Notes: generated by a model from the sequence alone, not told the origin. DNA of 64,000 nt from Elusimicrobiota bacterium (GCA_016212795.1 JACRDT010000012.1:19975-83974), one strand, 5' to 3'; numbered from the stretch's first letter, positions 1-9,806 are shown. Program-made: numbers and translations.

Positions 1-1
1 C

Positions 2-886
2 GGCATCCCCGTCCAGGGCACGGTCGCCAAGGAGGTGAAGGGCGGCTTCGAGGTCCGCATCGGCGGCGGCGTGCGGGCCTTCTGCCCCTTCTCCCAGATG
101 GGAGTCCGCAAGGACGAGAACCAGGCCGAGTACGTCGGGAAATCCCTCATGTTCAAGATCACCGAGTGCGCGGAGCGCAACGTCGTCGTCTCCCGGAAGG
201 CCATCCTGGAGGTCGAGCGTCAGGAGAAGGCGCGGGCGCTGAAAGAGTCGATGAAGGTGGGGATGCGGGTAGAGGGGAAGGTGACCTCCATCCAGAAGTT
301 CGGCGCCTTCGTCGACCTCGGCGGCGTGGAGGGGCTGATCCCGGTCTCCGAGATCGCCTGGGGCAGGACGGAGAAGGTGGGCGACAAGCTCTCGGTGGGC
401 CAGGCCGTCGAGGTGGTCGTCAAGAAGCTGGACTGGGAGAGCAACAGGGTGTCGTTGAGCATGAAGGACGCCCTCCCCGACCCCTGGGAGCGCGCGGCCG
501 AGCTCTGGCCCGTGGGCTCCTACCATCACGGGACCGTCGTCAGGCTCGCCACGTTCGGCGCGTTCGTCTCCATGGGCGAGGGGGTCGACGGGCTCGTCCA
601 CATCTCCAGGATGGCCTCCGGCAGGAGGATCGGCCATCCGCGCGAGGTGCTGAAAGAAGGGCAGACCGTCGAGGTCCGGGTGGAGGCGGTCGACCGAGAG
701 GGCAAGAAGCTCTCGCTCTCCCTGGCGGCGATCACCCGCGCGGCGGAGGAGGAAGCCGCCACCCTGAAAGCCTACCAGGACCAGGCTTCGGCCGCCCCGC
801 AGAACATCGGGTCGCTGGGGGAGATGCTCAAGGCCAAGCTGGGGCAGGAAGAAGACCCGGCGCGGGACGCGGACGAGACGGAGTAG
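2..886 (+). CDS. rpsA: 30S ribosomal protein S1 (S1-repeat RNA-binding protein), 5'-truncated by window edge
   Basis: Frame is open from base 2 (GIPVQGTVAKEVKGGF...). Repeated S1 motifs: AFCPFSQ, FGAFVDLGGVEGLIPVSEI, FGAFVSMGEGVDGLVHISRM. Confidence 0.85.
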   Translation, partial: GIPVQGTVAKEVKGGFEVRIGGGVRAFCPFSQMGVRKDENQAEYVGKSLMFKITECAERNVVVSRKAILEVERQEKARALKESMKVGMRVEGKVTSIQKFGAFVDLGGVEGLIPVSEIAWGRTEKVGDKLSVGQAVEVVVKKLDWESNRVSLSMKDALPDPWERAAELWPVGSYHHGTVVRLATFGAFVSMGEGVDGLVHISRMASGRRIGHPREVLKEGQTVEVRVEAVDREGKKLSLSLAAITRAAEEEAATLKAYQDQASAAPQNIGSLGEMLKAKLGQEEDPARDADETE

Positions 887-905
887 GCGTCCGGGCGGGA
901 CCGCC

Positions 906-2912
906 ATGCCCGGCAAGAAGAAGCTGCGCGTGGCGTTGTGCTCCTGGGAGACCGGCCGCGCCGGCGAGGGCCTGGGGGTCAAGGTCGGGGGCCTGGGCCA
1001 GGTGGTCGAGGAACTCCCGCCGGAACTGATCCTCGCCGCGGCCCGCCAGGGCCTGGCGCTCGAGGTGGAGACCCTCTCCCCGTGCTTCGCCCACTACGAC
1101 CGCAGCAGGCTCAGGAAGCTCCCTCTCAGGGTCCCGGCCGCCATCGAGGGTCACGCGTTCGAGTTCGACGTCTACGAGCACCGTTTCCTCGAATCGGTCG
1201 AATCCCCCGATGAGACCACGGCGGAGGTGGGGTTCAAGTCCGTCTATTTCTGGGACGAAGGGCAGCTGCATTGGACCAAGGCCGACGCCGTCTACCCGCA
1301 CGACCCCTGGCTGGGGCTCAAGATGTACTCGGCCGTCGCCCAGGCCATGGCCGGCTACATCCGACAGGGGGGCTTCCAGACCGTGCACTTGCACGACTAC
1401 CACGTGGGGCTGGTGCCGTTCTTCCTCGGGGACGGCTTCCTGCGGCGGGTCCCGGCGCACCTGACCATCCACAACGCCAGCTACCAGGGCGTCACGCCTC
1501 TCCAGGGGGGAGGGTACGCCACGCTGGACCGCGTGGGCCTGCCCGGCGAGAAGCTGTTCCACAAGTACTTCGACTTCTTCGACAACGTGAACCTTCTCAA
1601 GGGGTGCATGCTCAAGGTCGCCGAGCACGGCGGCCGGGTCACGACGGTGAGCGGCGACCTCGCGGGCTCCTGGGGCTACGCCGCCGAGCTGCAAGAGAGC
1701 CACGCCGCGCTCCTCGAGCGGGCCCGGCGCATCGCGGGCCGCGAGCCCGGCCGGGTCTTTCTGCCCAACCGCCATCTCGACGTCCTGGAGAAGCTGCCCG
1801 TGGCGGGCATCACCAACGGCCTGCGCCGCCGCCACCGGCCGGAGTCCATGCCTGAGATCGATTGCGTGCACCTGCGGGAGGAGTCGGACCGCCTCAAGGC
1901 GCGCTACGGGAGCGGCGTGCGCCTGTTCGGGAGCGACGAGGTCGAGCGGGAGATGCTCGCCCGCGACCACCGTTTCGACGCGGGCCGCCTCGAGGTCAAG
2001 GCCGAGCTCAAGCGCCTGCTCCACCTGGAGGTCTTCGGCCGCCCGGCGCCTCCGGGCGACCCTTGCGACCTGCGGCACCGGGCGAGAGGAGAACATCCGC
2101 GCCCGGCGCCTCCGGGCGGCCCTTGCGCCCTGCGGCACCGGGCGAGAGGAGAACATCCGCGCCCGGCCCGGGGCGCGCCCGCCGTCTTCGGCGTGGTGGG
2201 CAGGCTCGTGGAGCAGAAGAACCTCGGGCTCGTCGCCGACATCGCCGACCGCGTCCTGGGCCACGACGCCATGGCGCGCTTCGTCGTCCTGGCCTCCGCC
2301 CCCCTCGACGACGCCTGGGCCCGGGGCGTGGAGGGCCGGTTCCGCGACCTGGCCGGCCGCCACCCGGGGCGGGTCTGCTTCAACAACGGGTTCGACCCGT
2401 GCCTGGGCAAGCTCATCCTGGCCGGCTCGGACTTCATCCTGCTGCCCTCGCGCTTCGAGCCCTGCGGCCTGGTGGACTACGAGGCCGCGCTCCTGGGCAC
2501 CATCCCCGTCGGCCGGGCCACCGGGGGCCTGACGAAGACCCGCCACTGCGCTTACCTCTACGAGTGGCAGGACGTGGCCGACCCAGGCGGCGAGGCCGAG
2601 GCCTTCCTGGCCAAGATCAAGGAGGCCCTGGGCGTGTTCCGCGAGGACCACCCGCGCCACCAGGCGCTCATGCGCTCGGCCATGGCGACCGACACGGATT
2701 GGGGGCCGTCGGCCGCGCAGTACGTGGACCTCTACCGCTACGGCCTGCTGGCCCGGGACTGGGCGGCCGTGCGCCGGGGGTCCCCCGAGGAGTTCGCCGC
2801 GTCGCTCGGGCCCGACCGCGAGCTGTTCGCGCGCTTCTTCGCCCCGGCCCTGGCCGAATACGGCCACCCCTTCGACCGGGAGCTCGCGCGTCTCCTGGGC
2901 GAAGTTCTATAA
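906..2912 (+). CDS. glgA: Glycogen/starch synthase (GT5)
   Basis: KVGGLG (KxGGL), HLHDYH, LTIHNASYQG, ITNG, GRLVEQKN and PSRFEPCGL motifs. Confidence 0.85.
   Translation: MPGKKKLRVALCSWETGRAGEGLGVKVGGLGQVVEELPPELILAAARQGLALEVETLSPCFAHYDRSRLRKLPLRVPAAIEGHAFEFDVYEHRFLESVESPDETTAEVGFKSVYFWDEGQLHWTKADAVYPHDPWLGLKMYSAVAQAMAGYIRQGGFQTVHLHDYHVGLVPFFLGDGFLRRVPAHLTIHNASYQGVTPLQGGGYATLDRVGLPGEKLFHKYFDFFDNVNLLKGCMLKVAEHGGRVTTVSGDLAGSWGYAAELQESHAALLERARRIAGREPGRVFLPNRHLDVLEKLPVAGITNGLRRRHRPESMPEIDCVHLREESDRLKARYGSGVRLFGSDEVEREMLARDHRFDAGRLEVKAELKRLLHLEVFGRPAPPGDPCDLRHRARGEHPRPAPPGGPCALRHRARGEHPRPARGAPAVFGVVGRLVEQKNLGLVADIADRVLGHDAMARFVVLASAPLDDAWARGVEGRFRDLAGRHPGRVCFNNGFDPCLGKLILAGSDFILLPSRFEPCGLVDYEAALLGTIPVGRATGGLTKTRHCAYLYEWQDVADPGGEAEAFLAKIKEALGVFREDHPRHQALMRSAMATDTDWGPSAAQYVDLYRYGLLARDWAAVRRGSPEEFAASLGPDRELFARFFAPALAEYGHPFDRELARLLGEVL
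2041..2167 (+). repeat. 60-bp in-frame tandem duplication inside glgA
   Basis: 2041-2100 and 2101-2160 differ at two bases, and a third unit starts (gcccggc). Encodes (R)PAPPG.PC.LRHRARGEHP twice. Confidence 0.95.
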
Positions 2913-2933
2913 TACAGGTTCCAGCCGATCCCG

Positions 2934-5105
2934 ATGACCAGAACGAATCTCCTCGCGGCGTCGCTCGCCGGCCTGCTGCTTTGGGCGTGGGCCGCGGCAG
3001 CGGCCTCGCCGTCGGCCGCGGCGCCGGCCCCGCCTCCCGTGGAGGGGGCTTCCCGCCTGGCCAAGTCCCATTTCCTCAAGGGAAGCCTGCTCGAGAAGCG
3101 CGGGGAGTACGTTCAAGCCCTGCAGGAGTACGAGAAGGCGTTCTCGTACGACCCCGGGTCAGCGTACATCTGCCGGCAGGCGGCGCAGGCCGCCATCGAG
3201 GCGGGCAAGAACGACGACGCCGCCGTCTGGGTCGCGAAGCTCGACGCCCTCGACCCGGCGAACCCCCAGACCAAGGTGCTGGTGGGCCGGGTCCAGTGGG
3301 TCTCGGGCAAGGTGGAGGAGGCGGAGAGGACGTTCGAGGAAGCCTTGAAGCTCAACCCCCAGGCCAGCGACACCATCTTCTCGCTGGCCAGCCTCCTGAG
3401 CACCCGCTCCCCCGAGAAGGCCAAGAAGCTCTTCTTGCGCTACATGGAGGAGGATCCGGACAACGCGGTCGAAGGGCATTACCAGATCGGCCTCATGGAG
3501 GCGCGCGAGGGCAAGGTCAAGGAGGCGGAGGCGAGCTTCCGGGCGGCGTTGGGGCTGGAGCCGGACTCCCTGTCCATCAGGTACAGCCTCGCCGAGCTCT
3601 ACGAGGTCGCCAGGGACACCGACGCGGCCCTGGCCGAGTATCTTGAGATCCAGAGGCTCGACTCCCGGAACGTGGAGCTCGTCAACCATATCGGCGAGAT
3701 CTACCAGGTCAAGGGGATGCTCGACGAGGCCCGGGCCCAGTTCGAGTCCGCCAAGGCCCTCTCGCCGAGCGACCCCGTCTCCAGCCTGTACCTGGCCACG
3801 CTCTGCGAGGCCCGGGGCGAGCACGCCCGGGCCGCGGAGCACCTCAAGACCAGCGCGGCCCTCAAGGACGACATCTGGCTGAACCTGCGCCTGAGCTACT
3901 TCCTGACCCAGGCGGGCCGGCTCAAGGAGGCCGTCGCGGTCCTCGAGGACGCCGCCAGGCGCTGGCCCGCCAACGACGAGGTGGCGTATTATCTCTCGCT
4001 CGGCTATGACGACCTCAAGCTCGGCCCCAAGGCCATCGCGCTCCTGCGCTCCATCCTCGCCCGCAAGCCCGCCTATCGGGACGCCCGCTACCAGCTCGCC
4101 GTCCTGCTGGAGCGGTACGGGAAGATGGACGAGGCCGAGAAGGAGTTCCGCAGGCTGCTGGAGGCCAACCCCGACGACGCCGGCATCCTCAACTACCTGG
4201 GCTATTCCCTCGCCGACCGCGGGGCGAAGCTCGACGACGCGGAGGAGCTCATCGACAGGGCCGTGGAGCTCGACCCAAAGAACGGGGCCTTCCAGGACTC
4301 CCTCGGCTGGGTCTACTTCAAGCAGGGGAGGTCCACGGAGTCGGTGCGCGAGCTCGAAGGGGCCGTGCGCAAGCTGCCGGAGGACTCCACGATCTGGGAC
4401 CACCTCGGGGACGCCCACTCCCAGGCGGGCGACCCGGAGGCGGCGTGGCGCGCCTGGATGAAGGCCCAGTCCCTGGAGCCGTCGAGCGTCAAGTTCGGCA
4501 AGAAGGCCGCCCGCGTCCAGGACAAGTTCGACCCGGTCCGGCTGGGCGGGTTCTTCCTGGACCACGTCGGGCAGGTCCAGGGCGGCATCGAGAAATACAG
4601 CGGCCTTTGCGAGGTGAAGATGATGTTCCTCGGCAAGACCTTCACCTACAACGGCGTGCTGACCGCGCGGGGCGCCGCGCTCGACGTCGACATCCTGGGC
4701 CCGCTCTTCACGCCGATCATGCGCGCCCGCCTGGGCGAGGATGGGTTCACGATGGACCCCATCCGCATCGAGGGCGTCTCGACCGAGGCCCTCATGGACG
4801 AGGCCTTCCGGGCCTTCCAGACCATGAGCGACTACCTGTCGGGCAAGGTCTTCCGGGACAAGCCGGTCACCTACGGGGCGTCCTGGTTCAACCAATGGGT
4901 GGAGATGCCGGACTCGAGGCTCTTCCTCGGCGCCGACCGCCTGCGCGTGGAGCGGCTCGAGCCCAAGGACAAGGAAGGCGTCGGGCTGGCCCTGGGCGAC
5001 TTCGTCGTGCAGCGCGGGCGCCACGTCCCTTCGCGCCTGACCGTGGAGGGGAAAGGCTTCAGGCTCGCCATCAAGATGAAGGGCCTCAACGTCGTCTTCA
5101 AGTGA
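2934..5105 (+). CDS. Exported TPR-repeat protein with C-terminal beta-rich (LolB/DUF4292-like) domain
   Basis: Signal peptide, many TPRs including ILNYLGYSLAD...FQDSLGWVYFK, position directly before ispE, TATAAT at 2908-2913. Confidence 0.75.
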   Translation: MTRTNLLAASLAGLLLWAWAAAAASPSAAAPAPPPVEGASRLAKSHFLKGSLLEKRGEYVQALQEYEKAFSYDPGSAYICRQAAQAAIEAGKNDDAAVWVAKLDALDPANPQTKVLVGRVQWVSGKVEEAERTFEEALKLNPQASDTIFSLASLLSTRSPEKAKKLFLRYMEEDPDNAVEGHYQIGLMEAREGKVKEAEASFRAALGLEPDSLSIRYSLAELYEVARDTDAALAEYLEIQRLDSRNVELVNHIGEIYQVKGMLDEARAQFESAKALSPSDPVSSLYLATLCEARGEHARAAEHLKTSAALKDDIWLNLRLSYFLTQAGRLKEAVAVLEDAARRWPANDEVAYYLSLGYDDLKLGPKAIALLRSILARKPAYRDARYQLAVLLERYGKMDEAEKEFRRLLEANPDDAGILNYLGYSLADRGAKLDDAEELIDRAVELDPKNGAFQDSLGWVYFKQGRSTESVRELEGAVRKLPEDSTIWDHLGDAHSQAGDPEAAWRAWMKAQSLEPSSVKFGKKAARVQDKFDPVRLGGFFLDHVGQVQGGIEKYSGLCEVKMMFLGKTFTYNGVLTARGAALDVDILGPLFTPIMRARLGEDGFTMDPIRIEGVSTEALMDEAFRAFQTMSDYLSGKVFRDKPVTYGASWFNQWVEMPDSRLFLGADRLRVERLEPKDKEGVGLALGDFVVQRGRHVPSRLTVEGKGFRLAIKMKGLNVVFK

Positions 5106-5962
5106 AGATCCAATGCCCCGCCCGCATCAGCCTCTTCCTTGACGCCGCGGCGGACTCGATCCCCGGAGCGGCGCTCTTCGCCAAGATCAACCTCTACGAC
5201 GACCTTGAGCTCGCCGTCTCGCGCTCCGGCGGCGTCGAGCTGGCCGCCGAGTCGCAAGACCCCCTGCCGCAGGGTCCGGGCAACAGCGTCCTGGCGGCGG
5301 TCCGCGCGTTCCGCCGGGCCTTCGGGGTGGGGCTGGGCGTGCGCCTGCGGCTGGTCAAGCGCATCCCCATCGGCGCGGGCTTGGGGGGGGCGGCGTCGGA
5401 CGCGGCCGGCGCTCTCCGGGGGATGGCAAGGCTGTTCGTGCCGTCCCCCGGAAGGGTCGGCGTCAAGCTCATGAAGCTGGCCAAAGAGCTTGGCCGTGAT
5501 GTTCCGTTCTTTCTTCAGCCCTCGCCTGTCTGCGCGGTGCGGGGAAGCCGGCTCCAGCCGGTGGCGGTGACGAGGGTCCTGCCGTACCTGATCGTGGTCT
5601 ACCCGGGCTTCCGGACGGCGGCGAGAGGGGGGCGGACGGTCTTTCCGAGGTCCCCTCGCCCCGTCGAATTGACAAGGCTTTCCCTTCTTGATAAACTGGT
5701 CCGCAGCCTGGAAGAAGGCAGGTCGCTCCCTCGGTGGGAGGAGTTCCTCTTCAACCGTTGGGAAGAGGCCGGTTCTCCCGTCCAGGCGCGGGTGGCCCAG
5801 GTCAGGCGCATCCTGGAGCGGCTGGGCTTGCGCGGCGTGCGGATGGCCGGGTCCGGGACGTCGGTTTTCGGGTTCGTTTCTTCCTTCACCGAAGGGGAGA
5901 GGCTGGTGAAGGTCCTCCGGGAATACCCTTGGAGGGCGTTCCTTACTTGCTGCAACGGTTAG
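5102..5962 (+). CDS. ispE: 4-diphosphocytidyl-2-C-methyl-D-erythritol kinase-like (GHMP kinase), divergent
   Basis: GTG start overlaps the upstream stop. PARISLFL, KRIPIGAGLGGAASDAA, LGRDVPFF and MAGSGTSVF motifs. Synteny with spoVG, tRNA-Gln and prs. Confidence 0.8.
   Translation: MKIQCPARISLFLDAAADSIPGAALFAKINLYDDLELAVSRSGGVELAAESQDPLPQGPGNSVLAAVRAFRRAFGVGLGVRLRLVKRIPIGAGLGGAASDAAGALRGMARLFVPSPGRVGVKLMKLAKELGRDVPFFLQPSPVCAVRGSRLQPVAVTRVLPYLIVVYPGFRTAARGGRTVFPRSPRPVELTRLSLLDKLVRSLEEGRSLPRWEEFLFNRWEEAGSPVQARVAQVRRILERLGLRGVRMAGSGTSVFGFVSSFTEGERLVKVLREYPWRAFLTCCNG
5669..5697 (+). promoter_or_regulatory. Sigma70-type promoter inside ispE, likely driving spoVG/tRNA-Gln/glmU-prs
   Basis: TTGACA-N17-TAAACT in a locally AT-rich patch. 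Confidence 0.7.
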
Positions 5963-5968
5963 ACAACT

Positions 5969-6274
5969 TTGGAAATCACTGAGATCCGCGTGCATCTTCG
6001 CCATGAGGACAAGCTCAAGGCTTTCGCCACCGTCACGTTCGATAATTGCTTCGTCGTGCGCAACATGAAGATCATCGAGGGCAACAAAGGCCTCATCCTA
6101 TGCATGCCTTCCCGCAAGCTGCCGGACGGGACCTACAAGGACATCGCCCATCCGATCAATGTCCCGTTCCGCAAGCTGCTGGAAGACAAGGTGATGTCCT
6201 GCTATCAGGAAGAAATCAAGAAGGCCGGCAAGAACCCCCCGCCGGCCCCCGGTCCGCACGACGACGGGGAATGA
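5969..6274 (+). CDS. spoVG: SpoVG family nucleic-acid-binding protein
   Basis: MEITEIRV...LKAFATVTFDNCFVVRNMKIIEG...MPSRK...YKDIAHPIN. TTG start. Confidence 0.92.
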   Translation: MEITEIRVHLRHEDKLKAFATVTFDNCFVVRNMKIIEGNKGLILCMPSRKLPDGTYKDIAHPINVPFRKLLEDKVMSCYQEEIKKAGKNPPPAPGPHDDGE

Positions 6275-6308
6275 TGGCACAGCGCGTTCCCCGCGGAAGG
6301 AAGGCCTG

Positions 6309-6363
6309 ATGAAACATTATGTCCCCCCCGGACGGAGTCGTCCCCCCCGCGGGGGGGGACGAC
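6309..6363 (+). repeat. Variant copy of dispersed palindromic repeat (C7-GC-G8 hairpin)
   Basis: GTCGTCCCCCCCGCGGGGGGGGACGAC at 6337-6363, preceded by the ATGAAAC...TGTCCCCCCCG leader seen in other copies. Confidence 0.7.
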
Positions 6364-6369
6364 GACATC

Positions 6370-6440
6370 TCCCAGGTGGTGAAACGGTATCACAGCGGAC
6401 TTTGAATCCGTTATTCCTGGTTCAAGTCCAGGCCTGGGAA
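6370..6440 (+). tRNA. tRNA-Gln (anticodon UUG), CCA not encoded
   Basis: Acceptor TCCCAGG/CCTGGGA, D stem GTGA/TCAC, anticodon arm GCGGA-CTTTGAA-TCCGT, T arm CCTGG-TTCAAGT-CCAGG. Usual position near prs. Confidence 0.95.
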
Positions 6441-6454
6441 TACCTGGTGAAGCC

Positions 6455-7861
6455 ATGAACAGGATAGGACGCAAGCCAGCCCGCTCGACGGGCGTGCTCA
6501 TCCTGGCCGCGGGCCAGGGCACCAGGATGGAGTCGGCGTTGCCCAAGGTCCTCCACCCCGTCGGCGGCCGGCCGATGATCTACTACATCCTGAGGGTCGC
6601 CAACGCCCTCAAGCCGGCGGCCATCGGCGTCGTGGTCGGGCACGAGGCCCAGGCCGTCAAGGACGAGGTCCTCCAGATCGCCAAGGACTGCGGCATCGTG
6701 CGCCCCATCCAGTTCATCCAGCAGAAAAAGCCGCTGGGCAGCGGCAACGCGGTGGTGGAGTCGATCCCTTTCCTCAGGAAGGCCACGGGCGCGATGGTGC
6801 TCTGCGGCGACACGCCGCTCCTGACCTACGAGAGCCTGGCGTCGCTCCAGCGCATCCACGAGGAGCAGAAGGCCCAGGCGACGCTCCTGACGGCGCGCCT
6901 CGTCCACCCCAAAGGCTACGGCAGGATCCTCCGCAGCCCCACCGGCGACGTGCTGCGCATCGTCGAGGAGTCGGTCGCGACCCCCAAGGAGGCCGCGATC
7001 AACGAGGTCAACTCGGGGGCCTACTGCTTCGAGGTCGCCGCCCTCCTGGCGGGCCTGGGCGAGATCGGGGCCAAGGGGCCCAAGGCGGAGCATTTCCTGA
7101 CGGACATCCTGGAGCTGGTGCGCAACAAGGGGGGGAGGATCAACGCCCATCTGAGCTCCACCCCGGAGGAGGTCCTGGGCATCAACAACCGCGTCCAGCT
7201 GGCCACCGCCGAGCGCATCATCAACCGGAGGATGCTCGAGAGGCTGATGCTCTCGGGCGTCACCGTCCTCGACCCGTCCTCCACCCACGCGGACGCCGAC
7301 GTCGAGGTGGGGCAGGACTCGGTCATCGAGCCGTTCACCGTCCTGCGGGGCAGGACCAAGATCGGGACCCGCTGCCGCGTCGGGCCGTTCTGCTTCCTGG
7401 AGAACGCCCAGGTCGGCAACGAGTGCGACATCCGCCTCTCGCAGGTGCGGGACTGCCGGATCCTGGAGAAGTGCTCGATCGGGCCGTACAGCAACATCCG
7501 GCCGGAGTGCGTGATCGGGCCCCGCGCCAAGGTCGGCAATTTCTCCGAGGTCAAGGCCTCGCGGGTGGGGTTCGGGTCCAAGGTCCCCCACCTCAGCTAC
7601 ATCGGCGACGCGGAGATCCGCGAGGACGTGAACGTCGGGGCGGGCACCGTGACCTGCAACTACGACGGCAAGCAGAAGCACAAGACGACGATCGAGGCGG
7701 GGGCCTTCATCGGGAGCGGGACCATGCTGGTCGCCCCCGTGCGGGTCGGCAAGAAGGCCGTCACCGGCGCCGGGGCGGTCGTCACCAGGGACGTCGCCGA
7801 CGGGACGACGGTCGTGGGCGTGCCGGCCAGGCCCTTCGCCAGGAATGGCGCGAAGGCATGA
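6455..7861 (+). CDS. glmU: Bifunctional UDP-GlcNAc pyrophosphorylase / glucosamine-1-P N-acetyltransferase
   Basis: LAAGQGTRMES..PKVLH, GYGRILR, EVNSGAY, HLSYIGDA, TCNYDG and hexapeptide repeats. Confidence 0.96.
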   Translation: MNRIGRKPARSTGVLILAAGQGTRMESALPKVLHPVGGRPMIYYILRVANALKPAAIGVVVGHEAQAVKDEVLQIAKDCGIVRPIQFIQQKKPLGSGNAVVESIPFLRKATGAMVLCGDTPLLTYESLASLQRIHEEQKAQATLLTARLVHPKGYGRILRSPTGDVLRIVEESVATPKEAAINEVNSGAYCFEVAALLAGLGEIGAKGPKAEHFLTDILELVRNKGGRINAHLSSTPEEVLGINNRVQLATAERIINRRMLERLMLSGVTVLDPSSTHADADVEVGQDSVIEPFTVLRGRTKIGTRCRVGPFCFLENAQVGNECDIRLSQVRDCRILEKCSIGPYSNIRPECVIGPRAKVGNFSEVKASRVGFGSKVPHLSYIGDAEIREDVNVGAGTVTCNYDGKQKHKTTIEAGAFIGSGTMLVAPVRVGKKAVTGAGAVVTRDVADGTTVVGVPARPFARNGAKA

Positions 7862-7940
7862 AGCTTTGATGCCCAGTCCGGAGCTCCCTGGGAGCCGCGA
7901 AGCGGCCGCCAGGGGATCACGCAGGAAAAGGGGGTCGTGC

Positions 7941-8957
7941 ATGAGTCCTCAGATCGTCTGGCCGGAGACCATGGTGAGCGCGAAGCCCGAGGCGAAGCCC
8001 GGCGCCGCGCCCCAAGTCCGGCTCTTCGGGCAGTTGAAGCTCTTCTCGGGGAACGCCAACCGGCCGTTGTCCGAGGCGATCGCCAAGTACCTCAAGACGG
8101 ACCTGAGCAGCGCGGACGTCGGACGCTTCGCGGACGGCGAGATCAGCGTCCGGATCGAGGAGAACGTCCGGGGCTGCGACTGCTACGTGATCCAGCCGAC
8201 CTGCCGCCCGGCCAACGAGCACTTGATGGAGCTGCTGGTCATGCTCGACGCCCTCCGGCGGGCGTCGGCGGGGCGCATCACCGCGGTCATCCCCTACTTC
8301 GGCTACGCCCGCGCGGACCGCAAGACCGCCCCGAGGATGCCGATCGCCGCCAAGCTCATGGCCAACCTGATCACGACGGCCGGCGCGAACCGGGTCATCA
8401 CCATGGACCTGCACGCGGGCCAGATCCAGGGCTTCTTCGACATCCCGGTGGACCATCTTTACGCGGCGCCCGTCGTCATCGAGTACATGAAGAGGAAGAG
8501 GCTCGTCAACCCCGTGGTCGTGTCGCCCGACGTTGGCGGCGTCGAGCGGGCGCGCGCCTTCGCCAAGAGGCTCACGGCGGACCTGGCGATCATCGACAAG
8601 CGACGGCCGCGGCCCAACGAGGCCTCGGTCTACAACCTCATCGGCGACGTGAAGGGGCGGGTGGCGGTCATCCTCGACGACATCGTGGACACCGGCGGGA
8701 CGCTGACCAAGGTGGCCAGCAAGATCCGCGAGTCCGGCGCCGTCAAGGTGTACGCCGCGTGCGTGCACGGCGTGCTGTCGGGCTGCGCGGCGGACCTGGT
8801 GAAGAAGTCGGATCTCGAGGAGCTGATCCTGACCGACTCCATCCCCGTCTCGCACCTGGCGGGCAGCAAGATCAGGGTGTTGTCCATCGCGCCGCTCATG
8901 GGAGAAGCGATCTCCCGCAATCACCAGGGACAATCCATCAGCGCGCTCTTCGTCTGA
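7941..8957 (+). CDS. prs: Ribose-phosphate pyrophosphokinase
   Basis: FADGEI, PYFGYARADRK, DLHAGQIQGFF, VSPDVGG and DDIVDTGGT motifs. ATG 7941 follows a purine-rich RBS. Confidence 0.96.
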   Translation: MSPQIVWPETMVSAKPEAKPGAAPQVRLFGQLKLFSGNANRPLSEAIAKYLKTDLSSADVGRFADGEISVRIEENVRGCDCYVIQPTCRPANEHLMELLVMLDALRRASAGRITAVIPYFGYARADRKTAPRMPIAAKLMANLITTAGANRVITMDLHAGQIQGFFDIPVDHLYAAPVVIEYMKRKRLVNPVVVSPDVGGVERARAFAKRLTADLAIIDKRRPRPNEASVYNLIGDVKGRVAVILDDIVDTGGTLTKVASKIRESGAVKVYAACVHGVLSGCAADLVKKSDLEELILTDSIPVSHLAGSKIRVLSIAPLMGEAISRNHQGQSISALFV

Positions 8958-8981
8958 GCGCGGCAATCAAGGGGTAGCGTC

Positions 8982-9794
8982 ATGACAGAGCAGATCCAGA
9001 TCGATGCGAAGATTAGGGAAGGCGGCGGGCGCGACACGCGCAAGGTCCTCTCCGACCTGCGGGCCAAGGCCAGCATCCCGGGCGTCGTCTACGGCGGGAA
9101 GAAGCCGTCCGTGAAGGTGTCGCTGTGCGTCAAGGACCTCATGACGGCCAGGAAGAAGGGGGGCGTCAACGCCATCCTGCGCCTGAAGCTCGGCGCGGAC
9201 GTCGAGACCGTCATCGTCAAGGACATCCAGCGCCACCCGGTCACCGAGGCTCCGATCCACGCCGATTTCCAGCGGATCTCGCTCACCGAGAAGATCGAGG
9301 CCAAGGTGCCGGTCCACATCGTGGGCGAGGCGCCGGGCGTCAAGTCCGAGGGCGGCATCCTGCAGCACGAGCTGCGCGTCATCACGGTGCGGGCCCTGCC
9401 GGCGGCCATCCCGCAGAACATCCCGGTGGACATCTCGAACCTCAAGCTCAACGACCGCTTCCTCGTCAAGGACCTCAAGGTCGGCGAGGGCGTGGAAGTG
9501 CTGCACAACCCGGAGCAGACCCTGGTCCATGTGACCATGGTCAAGGAAGAGGTCATCGAGGTGGCTCCTGTCGCGGGCGCGGAAGGCGTCGTCGCCGAGG
9601 GCGCCGAGCCCGAGGTCATCGCCAAGGGCAAGAAGCCCGTCGAGGGCGAGGAAGGCGAGGAGGCCGCCCCCGCGGAGAAGGGCAAGGCTCCCGCGGCGGC
9701 GGCGGGCAAGGCCCCCGCCGCGCCGGCGGGCAAGGCCCCTGCCGCGCCGGCGGGCAAGGCCCCGGCGGAGAAGCCCGGCAAGCCCGCCAAGTAG
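8982..9794 (+). CDS. rplY: 50S ribosomal protein L25/Ctc with low-complexity tail
   Basis: IPGVVYG, IQRHPV..PIHADF, GEAPGVK..GG and EPEVI. C-terminal 24-bp (GKAPAAPA) repeats near 9681-9770. Confidence 0.93.
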   Translation: MTEQIQIDAKIREGGGRDTRKVLSDLRAKASIPGVVYGGKKPSVKVSLCVKDLMTARKKGGVNAILRLKLGADVETVIVKDIQRHPVTEAPIHADFQRISLTEKIEAKVPVHIVGEAPGVKSEGGILQHELRVITVRALPAAIPQNIPVDISNLKLNDRFLVKDLKVGEGVEVLHNPEQTLVHVTMVKEEVIEVAPVAGAEGVVAEGAEPEVIAKGKKPVEGEEGEEAAPAEKGKAPAAAAGKAPAAPAGKAPAAPAGKAPAEKPGKPAK

Positions 9795-9806
9795 GATACC
9801 GCTGGC

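Noticed and set aside
6370..6440. tRNA-Gln as an integration site for an island
   Set aside because: No duplicated tRNA 3' end was noticed in the window, and glmU follows directly.
9681..9790. 24-bp repeats at the end of rplY
   Set aside because: Low-complexity Ala/Pro/Lys tails are common on L25/Ctc proteins.
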